NCBI GenBank assembly: GCA_964016885.1 | Contig: OZ024740.1 | Location: forward strand, 390,228,001-390,292,000 | From: Eledone cirrhosa | Lineage: Eukaryota | Length of the DNA: 64,000 bases | Direction: 5' to 3' | Shown: piece by piece, positions 23,666 through 36,023 of the stretch | Position numbering within the stretch: the stretch's first letter is position 1 | Layout: each line of letters begins with the position of its first letter | Translations under genes and position numbers: made by a program | The notes under the pieces: model-generated | The model's input: only the letters and a program-made list of their open reading frames with translations | What the model was told of the DNA's origin: nothing | The model's database searches: none

Positions 23666-24935
23666 TACATACATACATACATACGCACGTACGTACGTAT
23701 GTATGTGTGTATGTACACAAAACATTTTTTATAAATGGAGATATGCATTTAAGTTATATTTATCAAGATGAATATAAGCTCAATGTTTTAATATCATAAG
23801 TAATCATACAAATCAAACAAATCTAAGGTTAAAATCCATGGAGTAAGATCTGAACAATTGAAGATTTGCAGTACTACAGAGCATAAAATATTATTTAAAG
23901 AAAAATAACCAAAGGCTTCACTCAATTTAAAACATCTGTTTTTACGATCGTTTCAATTCATGAAGATAAATTTATAATTAATTAATAATTAAATGATTAA
24001 TTAATTATATTAATGATGCGATAATCATAAAGATTATGCATCGATTCATTCTAAAAAAATCTCTTCAGGAAAACAATGGATTAAAGTTGAAATGTCCCTT
24101 TACATTGGAAAAAAAATGAGTTATTAATATACATTTTCTTAGCTGTATTTATTTTGTACGTGTATTTTTCAATTATGTTTATTTCTAGTTCTACCGAGTG
24201 TCACGTACATAATATATATGAACTCGTACATATCTCTGCATGAAACTGATCTGACAGAGATGACTGTAGAATATATACATCTTAAAAAAACTATTAAAAA
24301 ATGCTGTTTGAAATAAGTTTTCCAATTTTTCTGTTATCAATTTTCACCAGTTTTGATTGAAGTTCAAGTTTGTCAACTCCCCGTAGTGGGTGCTAGAAAA
24401 ATGATGACTGATCTCTGATCATGAACAAGCGAACGACATTAACCTGAGACCAACTCATACGCAAGAAGAAAGAAAAAATGCAACCACTATAAATTAATAG
24501 TTATTGACAATATCGCTAGAAACTACATGGGACTATCTCATAACACGTATTGGGCAATATATATTTATACTTGCTTATATACAGATGCTGTCACTGAAAT
24601 GAAATAATGTCAAAGCAAGCTTCCCAGGTGTATAACAGAGATAGAAGTAAACATGAACAACCTGATACCACTACAAAGTATGCTGTCAATAACAAGTTTA
24701 GAGCACATCAACTACATGTATGGAGATTCTACACTCATAACTCTTGCTTCAAAACATAAACTGAAAATGTTGAGTAAAAAACAAACCCAAAAGCTTCGTT
24801 ATCGAAAATATAAGAACGTCAACAAACCAGCATTAATTACAAGTCTCTCTCTATCCTACAAGATGTATATTGGAGGAGATATAAATGTTTTCGTAAACTG
24901 AATCTTTCCTTAGGAAGATCTATTTTCGTCTAAGA

Positions 24936-25226
24936 CAGGCATGGGCAACCTTTTTCGAGAAGTGGGCCGCATGAGATATGGCTCATCATCAGGCGGGCCG
25001 CAAGCGCTAATTTACATTCGTGCCCACATTAAAAAGAAGGGCAGTAACTCAGGTTGTTTTGATTTGTTTCTTCACAATTAATACACGTTGTTTGCCTCGA
25101 TCGTAAAAATGATAGAAAGATAAATTACGACTGAAAAGTTGGTGTAAAAAAATCAGAAAGATTTCACTTAGGTGACGTAGGCGAACCATTCAGAAAGCTT
25201 CGTGGGCCGCAGGTTGTCCATGACTG
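24936..25226. mobile_element. hAT (Charlie-like) MITE
   Basis: TIRs CAGGCATGGGCAACC / GGTTGTCCATGACTG, internal GGGCCGC motifs, perfect 8-bp TSD GTCTAAGA. Confidence 0.88.
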
Positions 25227-25379
25227 GTCTAAGATAAGGTCTGAACAAGATGCATCTTTTTAAAGGAAACAGTATGTCTGTGCTTCTGTTAATTTTGGCA
25301 CTAAACCCACTGCCATCTTCTGTACAAAAATCTAGTGATTATGTGTGATGGTCTACATCAACAAGAAAACAATAACATA

Positions 25380-25960
25380 ACCTCCAATATATTTGGGGGC
25401 AATCTAAATAGGCTGGAAATATTTTCAATGCTGAGAAACAACTGGATTTAATAACATTTTCAACCGATATAAAGATGGAATTTAGCCAAAATGAAAAGTC
25501 TCTATTTAATTGTCGATCGCGGAAAAAGCTGCTTTCCAAAACCCAAATGTCTACATCAATAGTCTTTTAATCTCCTCTGTTCTGCACGAATACTATAAAT
25601 ACTTCGTTATTGAAAAAAAATTATTATATATAGGTATTGCAGACAAAATGATACAATAATATTATATTAGACTAACAAATATGGTTGTAGGGCTTTCCTA
25701 TTACAATAAAACATTATCTCACAATTCACTAGCATTACCAATATTGATATCAATGTTTGGGATACTTGACTGGACAATAAAGGATATCTGCCTGATAGCC
25801 CGCAAGATTCTGATATTAACTGGAAGCTTCTATGGAAGCTTGTTCACAGAAGCTTGTTCACAAGCTTGTTCACAGAAGAAAAAGACGTCAAGATTTGATC
25901 AGACATTTTGCTGTATGGTATTTATCAGACAAAAAATAAATACATCAACAAAGTGCTGAA
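25380..25960 (+). pseudogene. Highly decayed R4/Dong-like LINE RT C-terminal fragment
   Basis: YLG motif near 25390 and NSLALPILISMFGILDWT...RKILILTG, resembling the post-RT region of R4/Dong elements. Confidence 0.45.
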
Positions 25961-26629
25961 ACAACAACAAAAATCGAACAGAAACAAAACATCTTATCAA
26001 TCGGGAATGAAGTAATTAAGAAGTATTCATTTCTCGATGACGTTCCATGCGACCCCAGAACAGTCATACTAGCATACCTTAAAAACAAAAATAGGAAAGA
26101 AATGCTCTGGATACCCAAGAATAGTCATTCATGAACATTTTTCTTAACCTTGTAGACAGGAAGTTTAGCTTATCTTGGAATAGTGACCGTTATATCACGT
26201 TATATTTTGATGGTTGTTTTCGTTAACCAAGAGTAGGAGTTACATACAAAATAAATATCAAGAGACAGTGAAACGCTTAAAGCTTCAATATTGTCAGATT
26301 TCTGTGGACTATATTATACATGTCAATAGTAGTTGCCTTAAAAAGTCATTAAGGTATTACCTTTCAATGTGGAATGATGTTACTAAAACATCCGAATAAA
26401 AGACTACTCTGAAATAGATATATAAAATATTTTTGTTGTGGTTGTTCTTGTTTAATCTCAGATCGGTCCTGATTGAGTAGATCATCATAAAAGCTTAATT
26501 CAAATACAAACACAACAAGCGTGATAGAGTTGTTAAGGAAAGAAAACCGTTGTGTTTAGTTATCAAGGGCACTTCCTTGTACATGAACATTCATTTAAAA
26601 AAATCGACGAGAAAGAGAATATTTATGAA

Positions 26630-28230
26630 CAACTGCAAGCGCCAGAAATGGGGTTCTTCGATAGAGTGCGTAGCTCGGAGATCAGAGAGTCACTCCAAGT
26701 AGAGCCGCTGCTTTTCCGAGAAGTAGCAGCTCTCTCTGGAGCGAACTCCTGATCTCCGAGCTACACACTTCATCAAGTAACGTTACTCCAAAGACCGTTC
26801 GGAGAAGCCCTATTTCAGCCGCATGGATTCGCGATCGTATTCTTTTGGTCATTACCTAAGATTCATGACCTTAGGCAAGAGTTGGCACAGATACTGAACT
26901 GAAGATAGCGAGTTAGGCTTTTACACCTACTTCCCTTCTTCTGATTACCGAAAGCTGAAGCTGGTGCATAACTGCACCTGCAATTCTTGCACTTAATTCA
27001 GCCTCCTGCCTTCCAAAACTGCCCCGAGATACTTGAACGTCTCCACCTGCTTAAGTGGAACTCCTCTCACATATAGAGTGCATTGCGCAGGCTTCCTTGA
27101 GAGGACGAGTGTTTTAGTTTTCGTAGCACTGATCTTCATTGAAGCCGAGCAGCACATGACAGCAAGCCTATCATGAGCATATCGGAGATCACATTCTTAC
27201 AAGTTAAGAAATACTATCTCGTCTGTCAAATTCTGGCCGACTTATTCCAAATCCGCCAGTCATGATATCACTTCCAGCCCAGATGCGCATAGCAATCCTA
27301 CATTGAATAGTTTCGACTTGGTACCATTTATCCGAACACAAATATTAGAGCATTTGTATAGAGACACCAGAGAAACAAGAATTTATCCATCGATCCTATA
27401 CTCCTGAAGCGTTAGATGTAGTTAAGACTGTGACATATATCCTCATGGGAGACTTCAATGCACAGTTGGCACTGACCATCTGACATGGAAAGGAGTGATT
27501 GGAAGGAACGGTAGTTCTAAATACGAATGGAGAGGCCATATTAGAATCCTGTTCTAGTAATGGGTTTTCTATTATGAACTTCTTCTTCCGGCACAGGGAC
27601 ATTCATTAATATACTTGGATTAAGGGGAATCAAGGACAGAGATCGATAATTGATTTTGTTATTGTCTCTCAGCTCTTCGATTCCGTGGTGGATGTTCGTG
27701 TTAAGAGAGAGGCTTAGTTCTCAACTGATCACCATCTAGTTATCTGCAACTTGAGACTACCTAAATCACAAGAAGCCCACAAAACTGGCAGATCCAGCTC
27801 AACCTACAGGATAAACTAGGAAGCGTTGGAGGATACGGAAGTCAGGAACAGGTCAGCGGATACTATTGCATTCAAATTCAGAGAACTTCTGGATCAAACT
27901 GAGGACGTTGAAATGGAGTGGAGACTATTTAGCTCGACAGGTTCTGCTACAGCTGTTAAATACTGTGGGTGAAAGCGGTGTGGTGTGGAGTCGAGTGACA
28001 GGAAAACCTCTTGATTCAATAAAGTGGTCAAAGATGCCATTTGGACAAAGAAGGGAGCCTACAAAGCTTGGCTTGGAAAGCAGGCACAAAGAATCACACA
28101 TGCGACAGTAAAAGCATCCAAAGTTAAGACATGGGAGGATTTTAGGGTTAAACTGGAATCCGACTTCAGATTAGCAAATAAAGTGTTCTGGCAGACCAGC
28201 TGCCGACTTCGTAATAAGAAGTTCTCCTTC
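26630..28230. mobile_element. Decayed Rex3/Expander-like (RTE clade) LINE with an internal inversion
   Basis: Minus-strand RT C-terminus at 26750-27395 (LAIFSSVSVPTL..GHES.VMTKRIRSRIHAAE). Plus-strand APE at 27400-28230 (MGDFNA, RSIIDFVIVS, STDHHLV). Short plus-strand DRVRSSEIRESLQVEPLL at 26660-26712. Confidence 0.75.
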
Positions 28231-29288
28231 ATATCTGCTTCTTTAAACAATTCTACTTTTTCAATTCTGTTTTTCTAAGCCAGCCAATCTACAATCTGGT
28301 ATATATTACTTAGCAATTCTTCCATGTTTGCTTTGGCAATAATAGCGAAGTCTTCGCTTAAAATAGAACACAATAGATAATCATAGATTGTCATCATACA
28401 ACTGCAAACGTGCATATGTGCGTCTATTTGTGTGTATGTGTTGTTGTCATTCTAGTTGTTGTTTGGCTCCAACCCCAGCTCAATCCTAATCGAGTAGACC
28501 TAATGATTAAGCCAGAACTATTCAATTTCCCCCCAATGTAACTAGCATTACCATACTGTGTGTGTGACAGCTCACACCTATGCAAGTTTAGCTGGCCTCC
28601 AAGGTATATCTCGTTGGAGGTGTCTTGGGTGATCTAATGATAGAGACCCCCAGTCCTATCATCTCATTTCTACAGTAAACTGAGTAAACTGGAGCAACGT
28701 GAAATAAAGTGTCTTGCTCAAGGAAACAACACATCACCCGGTCCAAGAATTGAACTTACAACCTTTCGATTGCAAGCCCAATGATCTAACCACTAAGCCA
28801 TGTGCCTTCACATTACCATACTATTGTTACAAAAATAGATATTCTTTCTGCCGTTCAACAATAAAAAATATATGCGACAATCGTGACTGGAATGCCTTTG
28901 TTCATAGAACTTAGCTGGGTATAGTCCTAAACAACAATTACAATATTAACCGTAACAACAACGCAGGAACTAATATATACAGGCGGGAATACACACATAT
29001 TTGTATGATAGTTCTTGTCCAGTTCTTGTATGATAGTTCTTGTACATATTTAGTAGCAAGACACATAGTAGAGTACTATATTTCTCTTTTGTCATTCAGG
29101 GTGACCTACATTTTGTTTCCTACTGGGACATAGTTGTGACATCATCTTCATCGTACTAACGATCCTCATCATCATCTTCATCATCATCATCATGACCAGC
29201 ATCATGCTCATGCCCTTGCTATTCTTCTTATTAATCTTCCTGCTTCTCATTCTCTACCCCCCCCCCCACTCTTCATCATCACCATCAC

Positions 29289-29339
<51 letters not shown>

Positions 29340-31241
29340 GGTCATCAGTTACCGAATATTAATTATGAACAAATTGACTGAATATAGACGGCAACCTCGA
29401 ACAGATGAACACGCTTGAAATAAATGACATTTTCTTAAGAAGTAAAAAACATGTAAATATCTTCTCTTTTCCTTTTCTATTTCTAATTTTTTCTTCGTTC
29501 AGTTTATTGATTACCATTGGTCTTAAGCAAAGAATTCACAAGATAAACACTTTATATTTCAGAACATAGGAGGATGGATCTTTAACAGCAGCTTGCGTTG
29601 ATGTATAATACAAAAATATAATAGAAAACAATATATATATACAGTATAGTGAAAAATGGAACGGAACATATATATATATATAAACACAAAGTCAATACAA
29701 TTACTATTTTCATTGCATAGGCAAATTGTAAGTGCTGACTCATTGCTCTGTTTAATATAAGAAAAGTATAAAAGTGAAATACTGCTCCCAACTAGATTAT
29801 TTACATTATCTGTTCTCAGTAATTTGCACTTTACTCAACCTGCTCTTTACTCTCTATTCTACATTTACTGATCTCTGCTCTCTATTCTCATCTTTTCACC
29901 ATTGTCTGATTCATTTTTACTTTCATGTTATTGGTTGTTACAACTCCATTCACCAAAATCTATGCATTTGTATTTTTTAAATTCATCAGTCGATATATAT
30001 TGGTTATACTAGTTTTTCTTGTTTAGATATCCAAAGCTGAGTAACATCAATATTAGCTATTTCTATCAGTATTACTAAGTATCTGTTGTATAATTAACAT
30101 TCTCTTTTGATTGTTTGTATGGAAGAGTTTAACGGTAGTGCAGAATAAATTGCTTTACTGATTGTCGCAAAGGCGAAATGTTCAAGATATTCATCTACTA
30201 GATCATTCGTCATGAGGGAACTAATATCATCTACATTCTTTAATCCTGTCAACTCTTCCCATCCGACGAGGAGATCTCCCACCCACTTTGGGGTAGGTGA
30301 GAGATGTTTTCCCTTGTGAAAATGGATATAGCTTTCATTATGTAAAATCTATCCCATTTTGCCTCATTTCTTCTCGTTTTGGGGCACTTTTTTCATGGTA
30401 CTTCCTGTTTGGGTTTTCAGAGGTTGGCAGGTCTGCTGATAGTTATTGAGATTAAGGAACACTATCACTGTCTTTTCAGAATGATTTATTTCTCATTTCT
30501 TTGACAAATATATCAATTAGTCATTGGATGAGAGCATTAGTAGCTATGGCCTTTACTGATCTTCCCAGACTGGTGGGATTGATTTAGTTGTTTTTCAGTT
30601 CGAGCTTTTGTATGTCTCAGAGAATTCCAGAAGATTTCAGTTATTGAGAAAAAGCATCAAGTAAAAGGTTTATTTAGGGATATTTATAGACACAACAAGG
30701 ACGGCCAGAGAGAGTCTGTTGCACCGGGTGAGCTTGGAATAAGGTGGCATGCAGTTATCTACTTCAACAAAACATAGGCCGTTTTAGCTGTATTAGAAAG
30801 GTAAGTGAGAAGAAAGAGAGTACTTGAAAGGTGGGTTGCTGTGGCGTGTTGGGGAGTGAATGTTTGCCAGTTAGTTGAATGGTTATATTTTGGATGGGAG
30901 TCTAGGACGTGTAGCAAGCAGCAATATGTCAGATATGTGAACGAGTACACTAACGCGAATTTTACTTGAGATTTATCATGTCAGAACTAATCAGAGCTAA
31001 AGAACTGGCTGTGAAGCGGACGACTAATCTTTTGGGGTGCAGATTTGGCAATGTTATATTTGATGTAGGCACGAAGAAACTTAGGGTAAATGTAAAGTTT
31101 GACATGTGTAAAGATTGTGTATTGTTGCTGCTGATAAAGGCAAGCTTAACTTCGAGGTCTTTGTTCATAGAAGGTAGTACATGCCTGGTGTGAGGATATC
31201 TCCGGGGTACGAAAAGTTAAGGAAGAATGAAGCTTGCTTTC

Positions 31242-31307
<66 letters not shown>

Positions 31308-32769
31308 ATGTGTGTGAACATGTGTGTGGTAGGATGTGACAAGAGTATGTAATTATGAATGGACAGAAGGAAGAGTGTGGAAGACATATCTTAACCGTTG
31401 GCTACAACTGGAATTAAAACGTGGATTTATTAATGCATTTTTTTCTTTTATTCCTGTCTTTCATGAACATTATGCTAATTGCTGAAGAACAATGTATTTT
31501 GTGAGTATAAAACTCAATGCCAGTTGCAATTGGCTAGTTAACTTTGTCGTAACATATTTAATGTAGTTAGTATTAAAACTAGAAATAATTCTGCGATGAC
31601 GAAAAAACAGTATTAGTAAACAACTAATAGCATTTAGATTATTTTCACAAGTACGGGAGACAATTTCGGAAATGTACCATCCTTATTAGGACATCATAAG
31701 CAAAGCATTTCTGGAGTAGCATTAACTTAAATAGGTTTCTTTTGTGGTGGTGTGAACCGAAATTTAGTTTTATTTCGAAATAATTTTGTAATTTCGTCTC
31801 TCCAGAGAAAATTTTAAAATTTTCAGTGAAAGCACAAATCTGGACATATGTTTCGTTCTGTTTGACCTCGTCAGCATAGAAAAGTCTACACACAAACATG
31901 TGCACACATATACGGACACACATACATGTGCACACACGCACACACACATGTTTGTATGTATGTGTATGTGTGTGTATGTGCGTGGTGTATCTTTTTCGGA
32001 TATATATAATCAAGAGATTGATATAAACAGCTGCTAGAAACTGTAAAATCGCTGCTTTCAAAGAAAATCATTCGTATGATAAGTTCTACAACCACCGGAC
32101 ATCATGTTTCGTGGCAGAGAGTTATGGCTCTTTACGGTCTGAGTTCAAATCCCGCCGAGGTTAGCCGAGGTTAGATAAAATAAAGTACCAGTAAAGCACT
32201 GGGGTTGAATTAATCGACTTTCCCCTCCCCTTCAAATTGCTGGCCTTTTGCTTAAAGTAGAAGTAATTACATATAGATAATCTCTTGCTACTCTTGTCAC
32301 ACTTGCTGCTAGAACCAACGATTTACTCGTTAGAAACATGAAACCATCAGCGTTAATGTTTACCAAATGCTATATAAAACAAATTAAAACACCATCTATT
32401 TCGGAAGTGATGGAGAGCCGGACAAAATGTCTTGCTTTCATCTTGTTGCGGTCGCATAAATATAGATATATACCAGTCAGTCAAGTTACGAGGTTGTTTT
32501 GATCGAATGATTTGTGTATCCAGAATTTGTGGTCTATGTCAAAATAAGATGAAAAAATAAAATACTCTAACATAGATTCTAGTAAATTTCCTTTCGTCAT
32601 TGATTTGGAAGAGTAACTAGTGAAAATAAGAACTTAAAAGACAGAAATATTACACAACCTGTTCATGTGATGCAAGGAAAACAATTATTTTTAACATAGG
32701 TACAAGGCCAAATATTTTAGGAAAAGGTGTAGTTGATTAAATCGACCCAACAATTAAGTGGTATTTTAT

Positions 32770-32813
<44 letters not shown>

Positions 32814-32892
32814 GAGTAAGGGGGAAAAGAAAGGGAAAGATATATATATATATTGGAAAATATGTGAGATCCTTGGTACAGTTAGGTATATT

Positions 32893-33029
32893 TGAAAAAA
32901 GGAAAAGAATGACTTCACTTGTATCCTCATTCTGTCCGACTTTCTAAATGATTTGATTTAATTTTATATTATAATATAAAATTAAATCAAATTATTTAGA
33001 ACTACAAGTGAAGTCATTCTTTTCCTTTT

Positions 33030-33033
<4 letters not shown>
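32893..33033. repeat. Fold-back palindrome (~140 bp)
   Basis: AAAAAAGGAAAAGAATGACTTCACTTGTA...TACAAGTGAAGTCATTCTTTTCCTTTTTT, with inner arms TTTGATTTAATTTTATATT/AATATAAAATTAAATCAAA. Confidence 0.8.
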
Positions 33034-33077
<44 letters not shown>

Positions 33078-33976
33078 GTGAAAGACAACTTTAATTCTAG
33101 CGGAATTTGAACTCAGAATATAAAGAGATGTAACTAAATACCCTTCTATCGTAAATGTATGGGTAATAATAAAACTATCATTAAAATTAATAAATTAGTT
33201 ATATAAAAAAAGATGTTAAAAGACAACAGCAATGATGTTGATCATGTCAGTAATGTTAGTGAAATAAGAAAGATTGAAAGAATGAAATGCTGTGTGATAT
33301 GTAACTAGATTCATATATCAGAACTATAGTGGAAAACCAGGAGAAGAAATGGCTTAGTGGAAAGCGGTTTATTATAGGATGCAAGTTAAGTACCATATAA
33401 TTGTATCGAGTGATATAATGAGAAGAAACAAAAAAAAACAAAAATCAATTAATAGCAGGAAGGGAAACTGATAAGTTACCAACAATTTTCTTCTGAGAAG
33501 CACAATTTTTTAATGGATTAGTCAAAAGGTAGTTCATTTGAGGATGTAAAGAAGTTATCGTCAGATAACTTGGTGGTGGATTAGCGGAGATCTGGCCGGA
33601 TGTTTGTCATAGAGTGTACTCTATAGGCTGGGTGGGGTGGTGGTTTTAAAGAAATATACAAATTGGATATTATGCAAGCTTTGATTGATTACTTAGGTGA
33701 ATGAGTGACAGAAAAAACAAACCTACCAACAAGAATCGAACTTCCTTTTCAATTACTGAAAGTAAGAGGTTATGGAAAACACCAGAGATCAATATAAAAA
33801 CCGATGTTTTTCCGTTTCAGTGTATTTATTGAACTGTTGAAAAGAATTTGAAACTCTAGATGTAATCGTAGGGTCACCTTCGAAACATACGGCACTTTTA
33901 GACCTGGCGAAGCCGATTTCTTCCAGAGAGGGAGAGGGGGGGGGGGTAGAGAAGAAAAGAGAGTGAGGGGGACGAA

Positions 33977-34130
33977 CCGACCCCAGTACTGGATTGGTAT
34001 AGATTTATCGACCTCGAAAGGATGAAAGGCAAAGTTGATCTCAGCGGAATTCGAACTTAGAGAGCACAGAGAACCGGAACGAATACTAGAAAGCATTCTG
34101 TCCGACTTTCTAACGACTCTCCCAATTCAC
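33977..34130 (-). mobile_element. tRNA-derived SINE (octopus-type family)
   Basis: TTTATCGACCTCGAAAGGATGAAAGGCAAAGTTGATCTCAGCGGAATTCGAAC core. Other copies at ~13235, ~20030, ~32095, ~34901, ~35130, ~42806 and ~44665. Confidence 0.75.
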
Positions 34131-34900
34131 AGACTTCCAGTATAGTCCTGGCGCTTAATAGAGTTATTTTTTCTGCAGAGTATTTCTTATCAGTTTTCCT
34201 TCCATTTCAATCTGTCATTTTTCAAATATTCAATACTTTAAACATGTTCTAGAAGTACAACGAGGATTAGCTATACACTTATTGAATATTATGGAGCATT
34301 TGAACAACATCCTATTTTGATTCACAGAAAGAATCCCTTTCTTCCTTACCAAATATGTACAAATTGATATCAAGAATATCGATTCAATTTTGAACCAAAT
34401 AAATGTCTTCAATGCATAGAAATAAATATTGGCATGTTTGTTTATATAGAAAATTCCAATCTTTCTCTAAGAACTAAAATTTGTCAAAGAGGATCAAAGA
34501 AATGCAAGCAGCAGCCAATAGAAAACATTTGAAAACTTTTTCATAGAATATAAACAGTGAGGTCGTGTCTTGATCAATCAGAGAATATCTTTATGCAAAC
34601 TCCATATATATATATATAGAAATAGTAATAGTTATTTATACTTATATATAGAAATATAAATAAGATAAAGGTAATATTGTATATTACCCGATTACCAGTA
34701 AGATAAGTAGCTCAATGTAAAATATTAGATATACTACAGAGCAGAAATACAACATGTTATATATATAGAAAGGCATTTTAGAATGCTTTTCTATATATAT
34801 ATGAAGTTTGCATAAATATATAACACCCAGTGCTGTTAGACTTATTGAGATTTATAACATTTTCCACTATTGCTATTTATTTTATAGCTATAATTACATC

Positions 34901-35112
34901 GAGGTGATTTGGCAGAATCATTAGAGAGTTGGAGAAAATGCTTTGCGGCATTTATTCCGGCTCTTTACGTTGTGAGTTCAATTCCTGCCAAGATCTACTT
35001 TGCCTTTCATCCTTTCAGGGTTGATAAAATAAAGCACCAGTAATGCACTGGGGGTCAATTTAATTGACTTTCCATTCCCCAAATATTGTTGGCCTTGTGC
35101 CTAAATCAGAAA
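34901..35112 (+). mobile_element. tRNA-derived SINE, near full length
   Basis: A-box-like TGGCAGAATCATT and B-box-like GAGTTCAATTCC, followed by the family core CTTTGCCTTTCATCCTTTCAGGGTTGATAAAATAAAG. Confidence 0.75.
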
Positions 35113-36023
35113 CCTGTAATCTATAATTGGCAGAGTGGTTAGGGCATCGGACTAAATTCCTCTGATCATTGCACACTGAGTTTAGATCTCACCCATGTCA
35201 ACTTTGCCTTATATCATTTTGGGGTGGATAAATATAGTATCAATCCAGGTGTGGTGGATTAGCGGAATTGTTAAAGAGACGAATTTTTGTGGTATCTGAT
35301 CCGGTCCTGTGTGCTCTGCATTCAAATTCCACCTTCTGCCAGGAGTTGCAGCCAACAGATTGTATCAGTAACGAAAAGACTAAAGGAAACATTATTTTCT
35401 TGGTCCAATCTGACTATCTACATCAAAGTGTTGGTCGGAGATACAAGAAGCCTCTATGTCGTCAATCGACTTGCTAGAAATAACAGCCAAATATACCCCA
35501 AATTAAAAAAAAATTGTATACACAGGGTAATTTTATTCTGGATATAATATACCAGAAGGAAAGACTGGATGGTCGTGTCTAGAACACTGGATGGATGATC
35601 AATTTTATTCCCAGAAAACCATAGCAACCGAACACACATGAAAAAATCCAGTTGACTAACCATAAAACTTGATAAAAATGTGAACGTGATGGTTCAGTAT
35701 GAAATGAGAAACAAAATACTTCGGAATGTAAAATACAAGCCAACAATATACTTTATGGACTTATAAACAAACAACAAAAAATATCAACATCTCACTTAAA
35801 CAAAATCCCAATCACAAGAAAGCACAACAACGAAAACCGGAAGTGTTGTCATTATCTCCATTCTTCCATTCATAAACTTACAGAAAATTTAAACAGGAAA
35901 TGTAAACACGACAACCTCAGATATGAAGTACATACCAACAAGTAAACAAAAATCTGTCTAATTTAAACATACAGCTATAGAACACTAACAGCATAAACAC
36001 GCGTCTAAGGAACTAAAATACTT

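Noticed and set aside
22378-23799. Repeated 79-80-aa ORFs as a small gene family
   Set aside because: They are incidental frames in the tandem RTE-derived units.
29700-31240. Possible decayed TE coding region
   Set aside because: No diagnostic motif could be read in any frame.
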